DNA of 64,000 bases from an uncultured Clostridia bacterium (GTDB taxonomy: Bacteria; Bacillota; Clostridia; TANB77; CAG-508): NCBI GenBank assembly GCA_934133165.1, contig CAKPAW010000002.1, positions 105,219 through 169,218 on the forward strand. The letters are read 5' to 3'. Shown here piece after piece: positions 21,468-33,100 of this stretch. The notes under the pieces are model-generated. The model was not told where the DNA came from. It worked only from the letters and a program-made list of their open reading frames with translations, and did not search any database. The position numbers and the translations under genes were made by a program. Position 1 is the first letter of the stretch. Each line of letters begins with the position of its first letter.

Positions 21468-21691
21468 TTATATATTTATATTATATGGTAATGTTTGGAA
21501 AAGATTATCAAAATAATTAATGTTATAAATTTTTCAAATAAATTTTATAAATCTATTTAAAATTATTGACGTAATAAAAATTTATTAGTAAAATTATTAA
21601 AAACAGAAGTAATAACTTATAAACATAATATTGTTTGATAATTTGAGTATAAATTGGAAACAATAAGAAAAAATAGGAGGAACAAAAGAAA

Positions 21692-21757
21692 ATGAAAAAT
21701 AATAAAGGTATAACACTAGTTGCATTTGCAATTAGTAGGAAATGCGTTCGATATTAG
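21692..21757 (+). pseudogene. 5' fragment of a pilin-like gene (21 codons)
   Basis: RBS aggagg then MKNNKGITLVAFAI..., matching the prepilin-like N-terminus of the DGR target (KKEAGITLIALVI). The ORF stops after 21 codons. Confidence 0.3.
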
Positions 21758-21927
21758 AAAAGAACTTGAACCCTTTGTGAGAGTAGAGAAAACCAGAGAA
21801 AAATATAACCATGTTGAAGTGAATTTATATGTAGAAATTGCATAAAATTGATAAATCTTCGAGTAGAATTGCTAAAATTTTTAAATATGATAAAATAAGA
21901 ATAATAAAAAATTAGGGGTGATTCTAT

Positions 21928-22074
21928 ATGAAAAAAATAAAAGTTAAAACAAGTAAATCGGAAAAAGATTTAATAGTAAAATCATTAGTAAAAATGAGAA
22001 ACAAATTAATAAGGGAAAATAAATCAGCAGAGCCAGTAAATGAACTATTGATAAAGTTAATTGAAAATAAATAA
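21928..22074 (+). CDS. TnpW-like small conjugative-element protein
   Basis: 48-aa ORF with RBS aggggtg. Shares the block EPVNELL(I/L)(K/R)L with the 42474-42671 protein. Confidence 0.4.
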   Translation: MKKIKVKTSKSEKDLIVKSLVKMRNKLIRENKSAEPVNELLIKLIENK

Positions 22075-22143
22075 ATACATAAACGAAGAAGCTAGTCGAG
22101 AGATTAGCTTTTTTTGTTGCAAAAATATGAAAGGAGTAAAAAA

Positions 22144-22434
22144 ATGGAAGGTTATGAAGCAATTAAATATTTAGACAATTTAGAAGTTGGTATGTTCTGT
22201 ACTGTTAATTTGCCAATATATAGTGGTCAAATAATTCCAGTTACAGCTATGTATATGGGAAAAGACGAAATGGGTAGATATACATTTAATGATACTAATA
22301 TCTTTAAAATGTCAAAGGATTTTATACAAGAAAAAGGTATATCACTTCAAAAGAGTTTTAATGAAGATAAGGCATTAGAAATTTATGCAAAAGTTAGAAA
22401 GAATATAGAAAGAAAAATGAGTAAGGAGAGGTAA
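22144..22434 (+). CDS. Hypothetical protein
   Basis: ATG at 22144 follows the RBS aaaggag; 96 aa; no family recognised. Confidence 0.45.
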   Translation: MEGYEAIKYLDNLEVGMFCTVNLPIYSGQIIPVTAMYMGKDEMGRYTFNDTNIFKMSKDFIQEKGISLQKSFNEDKALEIYAKVRKNIERKMSKER

Positions 22435-22438
22435 TAAC

Positions 22439-22777
22439 ATGGAGAAAATGAAACATTTAAAATTTACAAGAGAAAACTTATTTAATAGTGAAACATTACA
22501 ACAGTATGATGAAGAAGGACAAAAAATATTTTTGAGTTATATGTTATATAAAGGGTATGATTTTGAAATTAAGAAAAATGAAATTATATTTACTGGAATT
22601 GTATCTGAAAAACAAGTTGAAAGTGTGATAAAAAGATATAACAAAGAAAGTCAAATTAGTGATTTGAAAAATAAAAAATACATTGCAGATGAAATTGAAA
22701 ATGTGGGAGTAAATGAGTATAAAAGAAATATTGATAAAAAATTAAAAGGTTTTGAAATAGATAGAGAAGCAAGATAG
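22439..22777 (+). CDS. Hypothetical protein
   Basis: 112-aa ORF followed by the terminator hairpin agaacaagtt/aacttgttct. Confidence 0.45.
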   Translation: MEKMKHLKFTRENLFNSETLQQYDEEGQKIFLSYMLYKGYDFEIKKNEIIFTGIVSEKQVESVIKRYNKESQISDLKNKKYIADEIENVGVNEYKRNIDKKLKGFEIDREAR

Positions 22778-22855
22778 AACAAGTTAAAATAAACTTGTTC
22801 TTTTACATAGTCATTATTTAATAATGGCTAAATGTTAAGGAAGGAGGTTTTTATA

Positions 22856-23678
22856 ATGTCAAAGTGTAAAGTAATTGCTATTGCAAATCAAAAGCGGTGG
22901 AGTTGCAAAGACAACAACAGTTGCCAATCTAGGAAATTGTTTAGTAAGAAATGGAAAGAAAGTTTTATTGATTGATTTTGATCCACAAGCAGATTTAACA
23001 AGTTCATTAGGATTTAAAAATGCAGATGGAATGGAACATACAATAAAGACTTTAATGGAAAAGATTATAACAAAACAACCAATAGATAAAAAGGAAGCAA
23101 TCATAACTAATGAAGAAAATATTGATTTAGTACCATCAAATATTGAATTAGAAGCATTAGAAGCATCAATGATAAATTTTGAAAATAGAGAAAATATATT
23201 AAGAAATTATATTTCAAAAGTAAAAGATGATTATGATTATATTTTAATAGATTGTCGACCGTCTTTGGGTTTGCTTACAATAAATGCTTTGGCTAGTGCA
23301 GATAGTGTTGTAATACCAATTCAACCTCAATATTTGGCTTTAAAAGGAATGACACAGTTAGTACAAGCAGTTGATAAGGTAAGAGTTAATATTAATCCAA
23401 AATTGAAAATAGAAGGTATATTATTGACTCTAGCAGACATGAACACAAATCTTGCAAAAACTTGTGAAGAAACAGTTAGAAGAAATTACGGAGGAAGAAT
23501 AAAAGTTTTTAAAACTGTTATACCAAGAGGAGTAAAAGCAGCAGAAAGCACTATTGATGGTAAAAGCATTTATGCTTATGATAAGAAAAGTAAACCAGCA
23601 ATAGCTTACGAAGAATTTGCAAAGGAGGTGTTAAAAGATAGCAACAGGGAAAGATTTAGGACTTCCGAGTGTAGATGA
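22856..23678 (+). CDS. ParA/Soj-family partition ATPase; needs a +1 shift at CGG 22895-22897
   Basis: ATG 22856 with RBS aaggagg. The 0 frame reads MSKCKVIAIANQK-CGG. Skipping C22895 gives the deviant Walker A KGGVAKTTTVANLG and joins ORF 22875-23678. Confidence 0.85.
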
Positions 23679-23709
23679 TTTATTTAAGTTTAGTACAGAT
23701 AAAGGAAAA

Positions 23710-24558
23710 ATGGAAAGCATTATAATGATTCCTATTAATCAAATAACGAGTTTTCCAAATCATCCATTTAAAGTTAGAGATGACGAAAAGATGATGGAAA
23801 CTGTTGAAAGTGTAAAGAAAAGAGGAGTTATTTTTCCAGCAATAGTAAGAAAGAAAAAAGATGGCACTTATGAAATGGTAGCTGGACATAGAAGAAGGAG
23901 AGCTTGTCAGTTAGCACAATTATCTGAAATGCCATGTATTGTGAGAGAGCTTACAGATGATGAGGCAACAATTTTAATGGTAGATAGCAATGTGCAAAGA
24001 GAAGAAATATTACCTTCTGAAAGAGCTTGGGCTTTTAAAATGAAATTAGAAGCACTTAATAGACAAGGAAAAAGGGTTGATTTAACTTCTACACCATCGG
24101 TGCAGAAGTTGTCAGTAGAAATTGTAGCTGAAGAATTTGGAATAAGTAGAGAACAAGTAAGAAGATATGTTGCACTTACAAATTTAGATAGTGCTTTATT
24201 AAAAATGGTTGATGAAAATAAAATAGCATTAAGACCAGCAGTTCAAATTTCTTACATGAAAAAACAAGACCAAAAAGAATTATTAGATGCAATAGAATCC
24301 TTTGATGCTACACCATCAGAAAAACAAGCAAAGCTTTTAAGAGATTTAAGTGAAAAGGGAATACTAGATAGAGATAAAATAGATGAGATTATGGCAGAAG
24401 AAAAGCCAAATCAAGTAGTACAATATAAAATAAAATATGAAAGATTTAGAAAGTATTTGCCTAAAAATGTTGAAACAGAGCAAGAAGTAGAAGATTTTTT
24501 GTTGATATGTATTAAAGAACATTATAATAGGGTTAAACAAAGAGAAATGGTTAGATAA
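23710..24558 (+). CDS. ParB/Spo0J-like nuclease-domain partition protein
   Basis: FPNHPFKVRDDEKM...VAGHRRRRAC (ParB box) plus an HTH. The in-frame upstream codons from 23638 encode GKDLGLPSVDDLF, a ParB N-terminal peptide, but lack an ATG/GTG/TTG. Confidence 0.85.
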   Translation: MESIIMIPINQITSFPNHPFKVRDDEKMMETVESVKKRGVIFPAIVRKKKDGTYEMVAGHRRRRACQLAQLSEMPCIVRELTDDEATILMVDSNVQREEILPSERAWAFKMKLEALNRQGKRVDLTSTPSVQKLSVEIVAEEFGISREQVRRYVALTNLDSALLKMVDENKIALRPAVQISYMKKQDQKELLDAIESFDATPSEKQAKLLRDLSEKGILDRDKIDEIMAEEKPNQVVQYKIKYERFRKYLPKNVETEQEVEDFLLICIKEHYNRVKQREMVR

Positions 24559-24646
24559 GTATGTGGGAGTACAAAAATTATAATTTATACATTTGAAAAT
24601 AATAAGGTCTTATAGTAAGATAAATAAAAAAAGGAGTGATTTTATT

Positions 24647-25330
24647 ATGAGTAGAAAATTAAAAATTATAATTTTAATAATGGCAGTTATTTGTATTATT
24701 TTACTAGGAACATCAATTTACTTGCTAACAAAAAAGAAAAATCAAACTAATAATGGGGAAAATAATGAGATTTTAAACAATGCTATAACCGAAAATGCAG
24801 TTGAAGAAAATATAGAAAAGGATAATGTAATTAATACAGTAGAACAAAATGAAATTGTAGAACAGAGTAATGAAAAAATTAAACAGACAGAGCAACCAAA
24901 ACAAACAGAAGTTGAAACTAAAAATACAATAAAAAATACAACAACTAAAGCAAATAATAAAACAGAAACACAAAAAGAAGTTCAAAAGCAAGAGAAACAG
25001 ACAACAACAAAAGTTGAAGAAAAACAGGAAGTAAAACAGGAAACTAAAGCTGAAGAACAAAAACCACAAGAAACTAAAAAAGAAGAAACCAAAGTAGTAA
25101 GATGTACTACAAATAATAATCATGGAATGGATATAGGAAATTCTAATAGATGGTTTGACACATATAATAGTGCAGTAGCATATTATGATAATCTTATTAG
25201 TAATTATGGAAGTAAACTTCGTGCTGAAGAAATTACAATAGAAGAATATGATAAAAAATGCCCATGCGGTTATGAAACATGGAGTTGTCCTTATTGTGGC
25301 AAATGGACTGTAAATTTTTATTATAGATAA
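24647..25330 (+). CDS. Membrane-anchored protein with low-complexity linker and Cys-rich C-terminal domain
   Basis: ATG 24647 follows the RBS aaaggag. N-terminal TM, a K/E/T/Q-rich linker, and C-terminal CPCGYETWSCPYCG. Confidence 0.5.
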   Translation: MSRKLKIIILIMAVICIILLGTSIYLLTKKKNQTNNGENNEILNNAITENAVEENIEKDNVINTVEQNEIVEQSNEKIKQTEQPKQTEVETKNTIKNTTTKANNKTETQKEVQKQEKQTTTKVEEKQEVKQETKAEEQKPQETKKEETKVVRCTTNNNHGMDIGNSNRWFDTYNSAVAYYDNLISNYGSKLRAEEITIEEYDKKCPCGYETWSCPYCGKWTVNFYYR

Positions 25331-25400
25331 TTAAATAATATTTAGTAGGAACAAGTTATATTACTTGTTCTTTTTTTGTTAAAAGGAGGGTTTAAACAAG

Positions 25401-28400
25401 ATGCAAAAATCGAAATTAAAAAGATTTATAGCAAGTATTTTATTAATGATTACAATGATTAGCTCTACAACTCCTATTTTTGCTGCTTCAGGTAGTGGAA
25501 AATATGTTGGGGGACAATACGATTCAGGTATGTATACAACGGACAATCAGGGATCTAAAGTAGGAATATTAATAAGAAAATTAATAAATAATAGAACAGG
25601 AGAAAAACATACAGTATTTTGTGCAGAGCATGGTATTGATTTTAAGACAGGTGTTGTTTATAATGGACAATATTATACGCCAACAAATTCTGCAATGAGA
25701 AAAGCCTGCAAAATAGCTTATTTAGGTTGGTATAAAGACCAAGGAGATTATGTTATTGATGGAGGTATTCTTGCAGGAGATATGATATATGTAAAACAGG
25801 CTTATGTGTTTACTCAACAATACATTTGGGAGACATTAGGTCAATCAAATGCCACATTTATAAATACAGAAAATCAACAAGCTTATGAGAATTTTAAAGC
25901 TAATATAAATAGCCAACTAGATAATTTTGCAAAAAGACCAAGTTTTGATGCAACAACAATAACAGTACAAGCAGGAGAAAGTAAAACAATTACAGATATA
26001 AATGGGGTGTTAGCAAACTATCCAGCTATTGATAGAACAACAAACGGAATAAGAGTTGTTCATACAAGTGGAAGCAATCAAATGACTATCACACCTGATG
26101 AAAATATTTCAATAGAAAATTATACTATTGCAGATGATGAATTTAAGTCATGGGGAATGGTTAAAAATGAAACATCTGATAGAGATTCAATGGTTTATTT
26201 TGAATTTTCTTCTGGCATTCAAGACCAATTATATTCAATGGCTTATAATGATCCAATTACTTTAAGAATTAGTCTTAAAATTGATTTATATGGAAAATTA
26301 GAGCTACAAAAATTAGATACAACTGGTAAATTAGTAGATGGAGCAATTTATAATGTTTCTAGTTCTAATGGATACAACAATGATGTTGAAGTGAAAAACG
26401 GAAAAATAGTTATTGAAAAACTAAAAAAAGGAACATATACAGTTAAAGAAAAAAATGCACCAGCAGGTTATTTACTAGATAAGAAAGCCTACAATGTTGA
26501 AGTAAAGGCAAATGAAGTATCAACACAAGCTATAAAAAATACAGAACCTACTGGTTCGGTTAAAATAACTAAATCAGATATTGTTACTGGAAGAGATAAC
26601 AGAATAGATAAAACAAGTCATCATGGAGATGCAACAATGAATGGTGCGACTTATGTATTAACTGCAAGTGAAGATATTTATAATAAAAGTAAATCATTAA
26701 AATATTTTTCAAAAAATGATGAAATTGCAATAGCAAAATTTAATGAATATGGAAAAGCAACTATAAGTATTACAGCTAAAAATTCAAACTTAAACTTAAA
26801 AGTAGAGAATGATTATATAACAGGATTACCACTTGGAAAATATAACTGGAAAGAAACAAATGCACCAATTGGTTATAAATTAGATACTAATATATATAAT
26901 TTTGAATTTGAATATAAAGATCAAAACACAAATGTTATAAAAAAAGAAATTAATGTAACAGAGGATGTGCAAAGAGCAAGATTTGAGATAATTAAAATAT
27001 CATCAAATGATAATACAACAGCTAATAAAATTGCTAATGCTGAATTTACAGTAATACTTTCAAAATATGTTGATTATTATGGAAGCTTTGAAGAAGCAGC
27101 AAAGCATTTGAATGAATATGCAGAAGATGAATATGATATTTTGAAAACAGATGGAAATGGTCATGCAACATCGAAATTACTAGCTTATGGAATATATGAA
27201 GGAAGAGAAACTAAAACACCATCTGATGAAATAGAAACTGTAGAACCTTTTTATATCAATATTGATAAAAATAGTGATGGAATTATAAAAGAATTTGTTG
27301 AAAATGATTTACCATTTACAAGTTATTTGAAACTTGTTAAAGTTGATAAGAAAACAGGTAAGAATGTAACATTTTCCAATACTACATTTAGTTTATCAAA
27401 ATTAAATGAAAATACAAAACAATGGGAAAAAGTTAAGTGTAAAACTGGAATATTCTCACATGATAAATGGAAAACAGATAAAAATGCTATAGCATATACT
27501 GAAACTAAACTTGAAGCTGGAACATATAAAGCTGATGAAATACTTACACCTAATGGTTTTCTTGAATTAGAAGAACCTGTTGTTTTTAAAATAAATAGAA
27601 GTAATAAAACACTTGAATTTGATGAAGATTATGATGCGTATATTACTGTTACAATTGCTAATGAGCAACCAACAGGAAAATTAAATATAGATAAATCAGT
27701 TGTTTTGAATGATAATGTGGATTTATCATTAGTAGATACATCTGATTTAAGTAAAATCAAGTTTAGATTAAAAGCTAAAGAAAATATAATTGACTATGCA
27801 GATGGCAGTGTGATTTATGAAAAAGGAAAGAGTGTTAAAGAATTTAATTTAAGCAAAGATGGGAAATACACTATTGAAAATTTACCTATGGGAGTATATG
27901 AATTAGAAGAAATTGAAACATTACAAGGTTTAGTTTTAAATACAACACCAATTGAAGTCAAATTTGAAAAGAAAGATAATACAACTAAAGTTTACACTAA
28001 AGATATAAAAATAGAAAATAAACCTACAATTTTTGAATTTTCAAAAATAGATGTTACAGGAGATAAAGAACTTGTTGGGGCAGAACTTAAAGTGTTTGAT
28101 GAAAATAAGAAAATAGTAGATTCATGGAAATCTAAAGAAACTACTCATAAGATAGAAGGATTAGAAGTTGGAAAAACTTATACTTTAGAAGAAAAAATTG
28201 CACCAAATGGATTTGTTAAAGCAACAAGCATTCAATTTAAAGTAGAAAGCAAAACTGAAATTCAAAAAGTAACAATGATTGATAAAATTGTTAGTGTTTC
28301 AAAGCAAAATATTGCAGGGGACGAAATTGAAGGAGCTAAATTACGAATTGAAAATGAAAATAGCGAAATAGTTGATAGTTGGACCTCGACAAAAGAACCC

Positions 28401-29513
28401 CATATTGTAAATGGACTTGAAGAAGGTAAAAAATATATTCTATATGAAGACTATGCACCAGATGGATATGTTATATCAAATAAAATAGAATTTACAGTAA
28501 ATAAAGATAAAGTAAATCAAGAAATTAGAATGATTGATAAAGTTGTAACAATAACAAAAGAAAATATAACAGGAAAAGAAGTTGAAGGTGCAAAAATGAG
28601 GGTAGTAGATGAAGATGAAAACGAAATAGATAGTTGGACGTCAACAAAAGAACCTCATAAAGTAAATGGACTTGAAGAAGGAAAAAAATATATTCTATAT
28701 GAAGATTATGCACCAGATGGATATGTTATATCAAATAAAATAGAATTTACAGTAAGCGAAGATAAAGAAACTCAAAAAATAACAATGGTTGATAAAATTG
28801 TTGAAATTTCAAAGACAGATTTAGTAACAGGCGAAGAAGTTGAGGGAGCAGAACTGGAAGTTCAAGATAAAGAAACAGAAAAAATAATAGATAAATGGAC
28901 TTCAACAAAAGAAGCTCATAAAGTAACAGGACTAGAAGAAAATAGAACTTATATTTTAAGGGAAAAAACTGCACCTTATGGTTATGAAACAACAGAAGAA
29001 ATAGAATTTGTAGTATCTGAAAATAAAGAAACTCAAAAAATAGAAATGAAAGATATGCCAATTTTACAAAATATAAAATTAGTAAAAATTGATGCAAATA
29101 CTAAAGAAAGTATCAAAGAAAAATTCACATTTGGATTATATGAAGATGAAGAATGTAAAGATTTAATTAAAGAGTATGAATCAAATAAAGAAGAAGGAAC
29201 AATAATATTTGAAGATTTAAGATATGGAACTTTCTTTGTAAAAGAAATTAAAGCTCCAAATGGATATGTGATTTCTGATAAAGTTATTAAAATTGAAATT
29301 AATGATAAGGGTGTATTTATTGATGATGTAAAAGTTGAAGGAGAAAATTCTTTATATACTTTTGAATTTGAAAATGCACCTATTGATACACCAAAAACAG
29401 GAGATGATAGTAAAACAACTATCTATGCTGGAGTATTAGGATTATCATTATTAACCTTAGTAGGTTTAGGAGTATACGAATATAAAAGAAAAAAATTAGT
29501 AAATAAAAAATAA
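25401..29513 (+). CDS. Sortase-anchored surface adhesin with Cna-B/SpaA-type repeats
   Basis: Signal peptide; many G(T/K)Y.(L/V).E..AP.GY modules; C-terminal sorting signal TPKTGD plus a hydrophobic stretch plus KRKK. Confidence 0.85.
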   Translation: MQKSKLKRFIASILLMITMISSTTPIFAASGSGKYVGGQYDSGMYTTDNQGSKVGILIRKLINNRTGEKHTVFCAEHGIDFKTGVVYNGQYYTPTNSAMRKACKIAYLGWYKDQGDYVIDGGILAGDMIYVKQAYVFTQQYIWETLGQSNATFINTENQQAYENFKANINSQLDNFAKRPSFDATTITVQAGESKTITDINGVLANYPAIDRTTNGIRVVHTSGSNQMTITPDENISIENYTIADDEFKSWGMVKNETSDRDSMVYFEFSSGIQDQLYSMAYNDPITLRISLKIDLYGKLELQKLDTTGKLVDGAIYNVSSSNGYNNDVEVKNGKIVIEKLKKGTYTVKEKNAPAGYLLDKKAYNVEVKANEVSTQAIKNTEPTGSVKITKSDIVTGRDNRIDKTSHHGDATMNGATYVLTASEDIYNKSKSLKYFSKNDEIAIAKFNEYGKATISITAKNSNLNLKVENDYITGLPLGKYNWKETNAPIGYKLDTNIYNFEFEYKDQNTNVIKKEINVTEDVQRARFEIIKISSNDNTTANKIANAEFTVILSKYVDYYGSFEEAAKHLNEYAEDEYDILKTDGNGHATSKLLAYGIYEGRETKTPSDEIETVEPFYINIDKNSDGIIKEFVENDLPFTSYLKLVKVDKKTGKNVTFSNTTFSLSKLNENTKQWEKVKCKTGIFSHDKWKTDKNAIAYTETKLEAGTYKADEILTPNGFLELEEPVVFKINRSNKTLEFDEDYDAYITVTIANEQPTGKLNIDKSVVLNDNVDLSLVDTSDLSKIKFRLKAKENIIDYADGSVIYEKGKSVKEFNLSKDGKYTIENLPMGVYELEEIETLQGLVLNTTPIEVKFEKKDNTTKVYTKDIKIENKPTIFEFSKIDVTGDKELVGAELKVFDENKKIVDSWKSKETTHKIEGLEVGKTYTLEEKIAPNGFVKATSIQFKVESKTEIQKVTMIDKIVSVSKQNIAGDEIEGAKLRIENENSEIVDSWTSTKEPHIVNGLEEGKKYILYEDYAPDGYVISNKIEFTVNKDKVNQEIRMIDKVVTITKENITGKEVEGAKMRVVDEDENEIDSWTSTKEPHKVNGLEEGKKYILYEDYAPDGYVISNKIEFTVSEDKETQKITMVDKIVEISKTDLVTGEEVEGAELEVQDKETEKIIDKWTSTKEAHKVTGLEENRTYILREKTAPYGYETTEEIEFVVSENKETQKIEMKDMPILQNIKLVKIDANTKESIKEKFTFGLYEDEECKDLIKEYESNKEEGTIIFEDLRYGTFFVKEIKAPNGYVISDKVIKIEINDKGVFIDDVKVEGENSLYTFEFENAPIDTPKTGDDSKTTIYAGVLGLSLLTLVGLGVYEYKRKKLVNKK
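28032..29060 (+). repeat. Four tandem ~255-bp coding repeats (Cna-B-like domains)
   Basis: Protein repeats ...GAELKVFDE..SWKS.., ..GAKLRIENE..SWTSTKEPH..GLEEGKKYILYEDYAPDGYVISNKIEFTV.., and two more. The middle two are near-identical at the DNA level (about 28375-28500 versus 28630-28755). Confidence 0.8.
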
Positions 29514-29561
29514 TATATGGGTGGCTAAAAAAAGCCACCTTAAATATTTTAGGAGGTAAAT

Positions 29562-29771
29562 ATGCCACAATATACTTTACAACAAAGTGTAAAGACATTA
29601 GAAAAAATATTTGAGAATAATATAGATACAGAGCAAAAAATAAAAAATTTAAAATGGGAAAATTTAAAACAATTTAGCCCAGTAGAAAAAAGTTTTATTA
29701 TGGATTTAAAAGAAGCAGTTGCTAAAAGAAAAATTATTGAGTTTTTAGCAGGAAAGGAAGATAAAGAGTAG
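29562..29771 (+). CDS. Hypothetical small protein
   Basis: 69-aa ORF with RBS aggagg 7 nt upstream. Confidence 0.45.
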   Translation: MPQYTLQQSVKTLEKIFENNIDTEQKIKNLKWENLKQFSPVEKSFIMDLKEAVAKRKIIEFLAGKEDKE

Positions 29772-29778
29772 ATAAACA

Positions 29779-30087
29779 ATGATTGAATATTATAAAAAAC
29801 CAACAGTAAAATTTATCGTAAACAAAGGTAATTTTAATAAATTAATGGGAATATTAACATTCCAAGAAGAAAATATTATAACTCAAGAGTGGAAAGAAAG
29901 TGCAACAAAATTAAAAGAATTATTATTAAGATATTCTTTACCACAAAAAGACGAAGAAGGAGAAATATCAATTATAGATATTGCATTATTCCAAAAGGAA
30001 GCAGCAGAGATGATTGTATTATTGCTTTCAGCATTAGATAGAGTACAAATTGATGAAGATTATACAAAATTAATGAAAAGACAATAG
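29779..30087 (+). CDS. Hypothetical small protein
   Basis: 102-aa ORF tightly packed between neighbouring genes. Confidence 0.45.
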   Translation: MIEYYKKPTVKFIVNKGNFNKLMGILTFQEENIITQEWKESATKLKELLLRYSLPQKDEEGEISIIDIALFQKEAAEMIVLLLSALDRVQIDEDYTKLMKRQ

Positions 30088-30104
30088 TTATAGGAGGTTG
30101 AGAG

Positions 30105-33100
30105 TTGGGAAAAATAAAGGAAACTAGGCAACTCTATAAAACTACTTTAAAAGAAATTTCAAGTTCACCGAGTAACTGGAGAACTTTTTTAGATAGTAGT
30201 GCTTGGAATTTTAAATATGATTTTGATGATCAAGTTCTAATATTTGCACAAAGACCAGATGCAAGAGCTTGTGCAACAATGGATGAATGGAATAGAAAAT
30301 TAAAAAGATGGGTAAATAATAGGGCAGAAGCTATTTATGTGTATGACAAAAATCCTAATAGTGAATATCCATTTAAATTAGTATTTGACTTATCCGATAC
30401 TCATAATTATAATAATACTGAATATAAATTATGGAATATAAAACAAGAGTATGAAAAAGATATTATTGAAGATTTAGAAGCAAATTTTGGAGATATGGAT
30501 TTAAAGGAAGATTTATCGAAAGCTATAATTAGTGCAAGTTATAACATGGTTGTAGATGATATTGAAGATTATCTAACGGATATTATAAAAAATAAATCTA
30601 ACACAATGTTAAATGATATATCAGATGATGAAATTAAAGATATATTAATAGGAATAACTTGGGCAAGTGTTAGTTATATGCTAATGATAAGATGTGGAAT
30701 AAATGCTAGAGAAAACATTTCTGAAAATGAATTTGAATTTTTAAAATATTTTAATAGTCCAGAACTTTTTACAATATTAGGTGCAAGTGTTAGTGATATT
30801 GCAGAATCAGGTTTAAGAGAAATAGCAAAAACAGTTTCAACTCTACAAAAAAAGGAAAATTTAAAAAATCGTACATTTGCAAAAAATGAAAATGAGATAT
30901 ATTCTAATGATAATAATATAAATGAAGGAGGGGTTGAAAATGTTAGAGAAAATAGAGTACACGAAACAGGGAGATTACTTGATACCAAATCTAACAATGA
31001 AAAAGGAGAAAATTCCAGCAGGGAAATATTCGATGATGAGGTACAATTACCTATTGAACCACAAGAATCACGAACTAACAATATTGGTAATGAACAACGA
31101 ATTAAACAGTCATTTACAGGAAATACAAGACCAAGCGAGCAAGAGAGTGGAAATGCTAGTGGAAGAGATGGCAAAGAAGGAGAATATAACAGAAGAATTG
31201 AAAGCTCAAGATCAAATGAAATGGGTTGGCTTGATGAACAATATCAAGATGACAGCAGAGGAGATAGTAGCAACAGAACTGATTTATCAATAGAAGAAAG
31301 TCAATTTAGAAGAACATTAACTGAAGAAGAAATGCGAAGTAAATTAGATTTTCTACAAGATGAATATGTAAGTGATATTTTAAATAATATAGATAATTTA
31401 AAAGTTACAAAAAAAGATATTAGAGAATTTTATCAAAATAATTTAATTGAAAATGATAGAGTTGAATTTATAAAAAAGGCATTTGGAGATGCTTATACTG
31501 AAATTGTAGTAAATGATACAAGGTTAGGTTATAAAGCTTACGAAAATGTTTTACATCTTTGGAAAGATGGTTATTTGAATAGAACAGCAGAAGTTTATTA
31601 TAAATGGAATTATATTGCAGAATATATTGAAGGACTTATAATGGTCAATGAATTTCATGATATGCACAAACCAGTAAAATCTTATGATGAACAAATGCAG
31701 TTATTACAAGTAGAAGCAATGAATGCTCCTACTTTTTCTTTTACTCAAGAAATAATTGATTATGAGCTAACAAGGGGTAGCAATATACAAGAAAGTAAAA
31801 TGAGAATATATAATCAATTTATCAATAGTCTATCAAGTGAAGAAAATATAAAATTTCTTAAAAATGAATATGGTTGGGGTGGTGGCAGTACAATTCATAT
31901 TGGAACAAGAATAGGTTATCAATATGATGGAAAAGGAATTACTTTAACCAGAGAAAAAAGAGAAAATGAAGAAACTACTATAATAACTTGGAATGTAGCA
32001 GAAAAAAGAATTAAAGAATTAATAAAATTAGATAAATATTTAAATTCAAAGGAAAAGGAAGAATATTCAAATTGGCTAAAACAAAAAGAAATTGATAGGG
32101 AATTACAGGGAAGTAAGAAAAAACTATTAGAAGAAAGTAAAAAACAAAAAGAAGATGCCGAACAACAATTAGCAGAAAGATTATATAAATTTGTTAAGGA
32201 CTTTGATTTTTATAACTATGTTGATAATACAGAAATGTATCGTTCAGAAGAAGATAATATAAATATTATAAAAGCTGATATAAATGATACAAATAATGTA
32301 AAAGATTATATAAAAGAATTAAAAGAAATAATAGATGATAGTAGATTATCTAATGAAGATTTAAAAGAAGTTCAAGAATTAGTTTATATATTAGAACAAA
32401 GAGTACCAAAATATAAATATCATTTAGGAGATACTATTTATATAGGTTCAGATGAATATGAATTTGCTGGGATTAATAATGGGATAGTAAAATTATATGA
32501 TGTTAAATTTCCATTATTTAATAAAGAAATGCCTTTTGAAGAATTTGAAAGAAAGGTACAAGAAAACTATGCAAATGAACATTTAATTGTAAAAGATAAA
32601 CAAATTCAACATATAGAAACTGCAAAACAAAACAATGAAGAAAAATATCAAGATGATGTTGTTGAACAAGAGAAACATGAAAAAACAAAGCAAATAGAAA
32701 ATAATATTGAAAAATTAGATATAGAAATAAAAAAGCAGGTAAAACCTAAAAGAACAAAAATCCAAGATTATGTTTTGCATTCAGAAATACCAATAAATGA
32801 AAGAAATAATTTTAAAATTAATAATGAGAATTTAGGAGTAGGAACGCCAAGAGAAAAATTCGCAAAAAATGTAGCAGCAATTCAAGTCCTAAAAAAGTGT
32901 GAAAATGAAAATAGATATGCAACACTAGAAGAACAAGAAATTTTGTCGAATTATGTTGGTTGGGGAGGATTACAGCAAGCATTTGATGAAAAAGATAGTA
33001 GTTGGACAAATGAATATAGAATTTTAAAAGAATTATTAACAGAAGATGAGTATAAAAGTGCAAGAGAATCAACATTGACAGCATTTTATACTCCACCAGT

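Noticed and set aside
28032-29060. Regularly spaced repeats that might suggest a CRISPR array.
   Set aside because: The units are about 255 bp, in frame, and encode Cna-B-type domains of the adhesin. I saw no short repeat-spacer structure or cas genes anywhere in the window.
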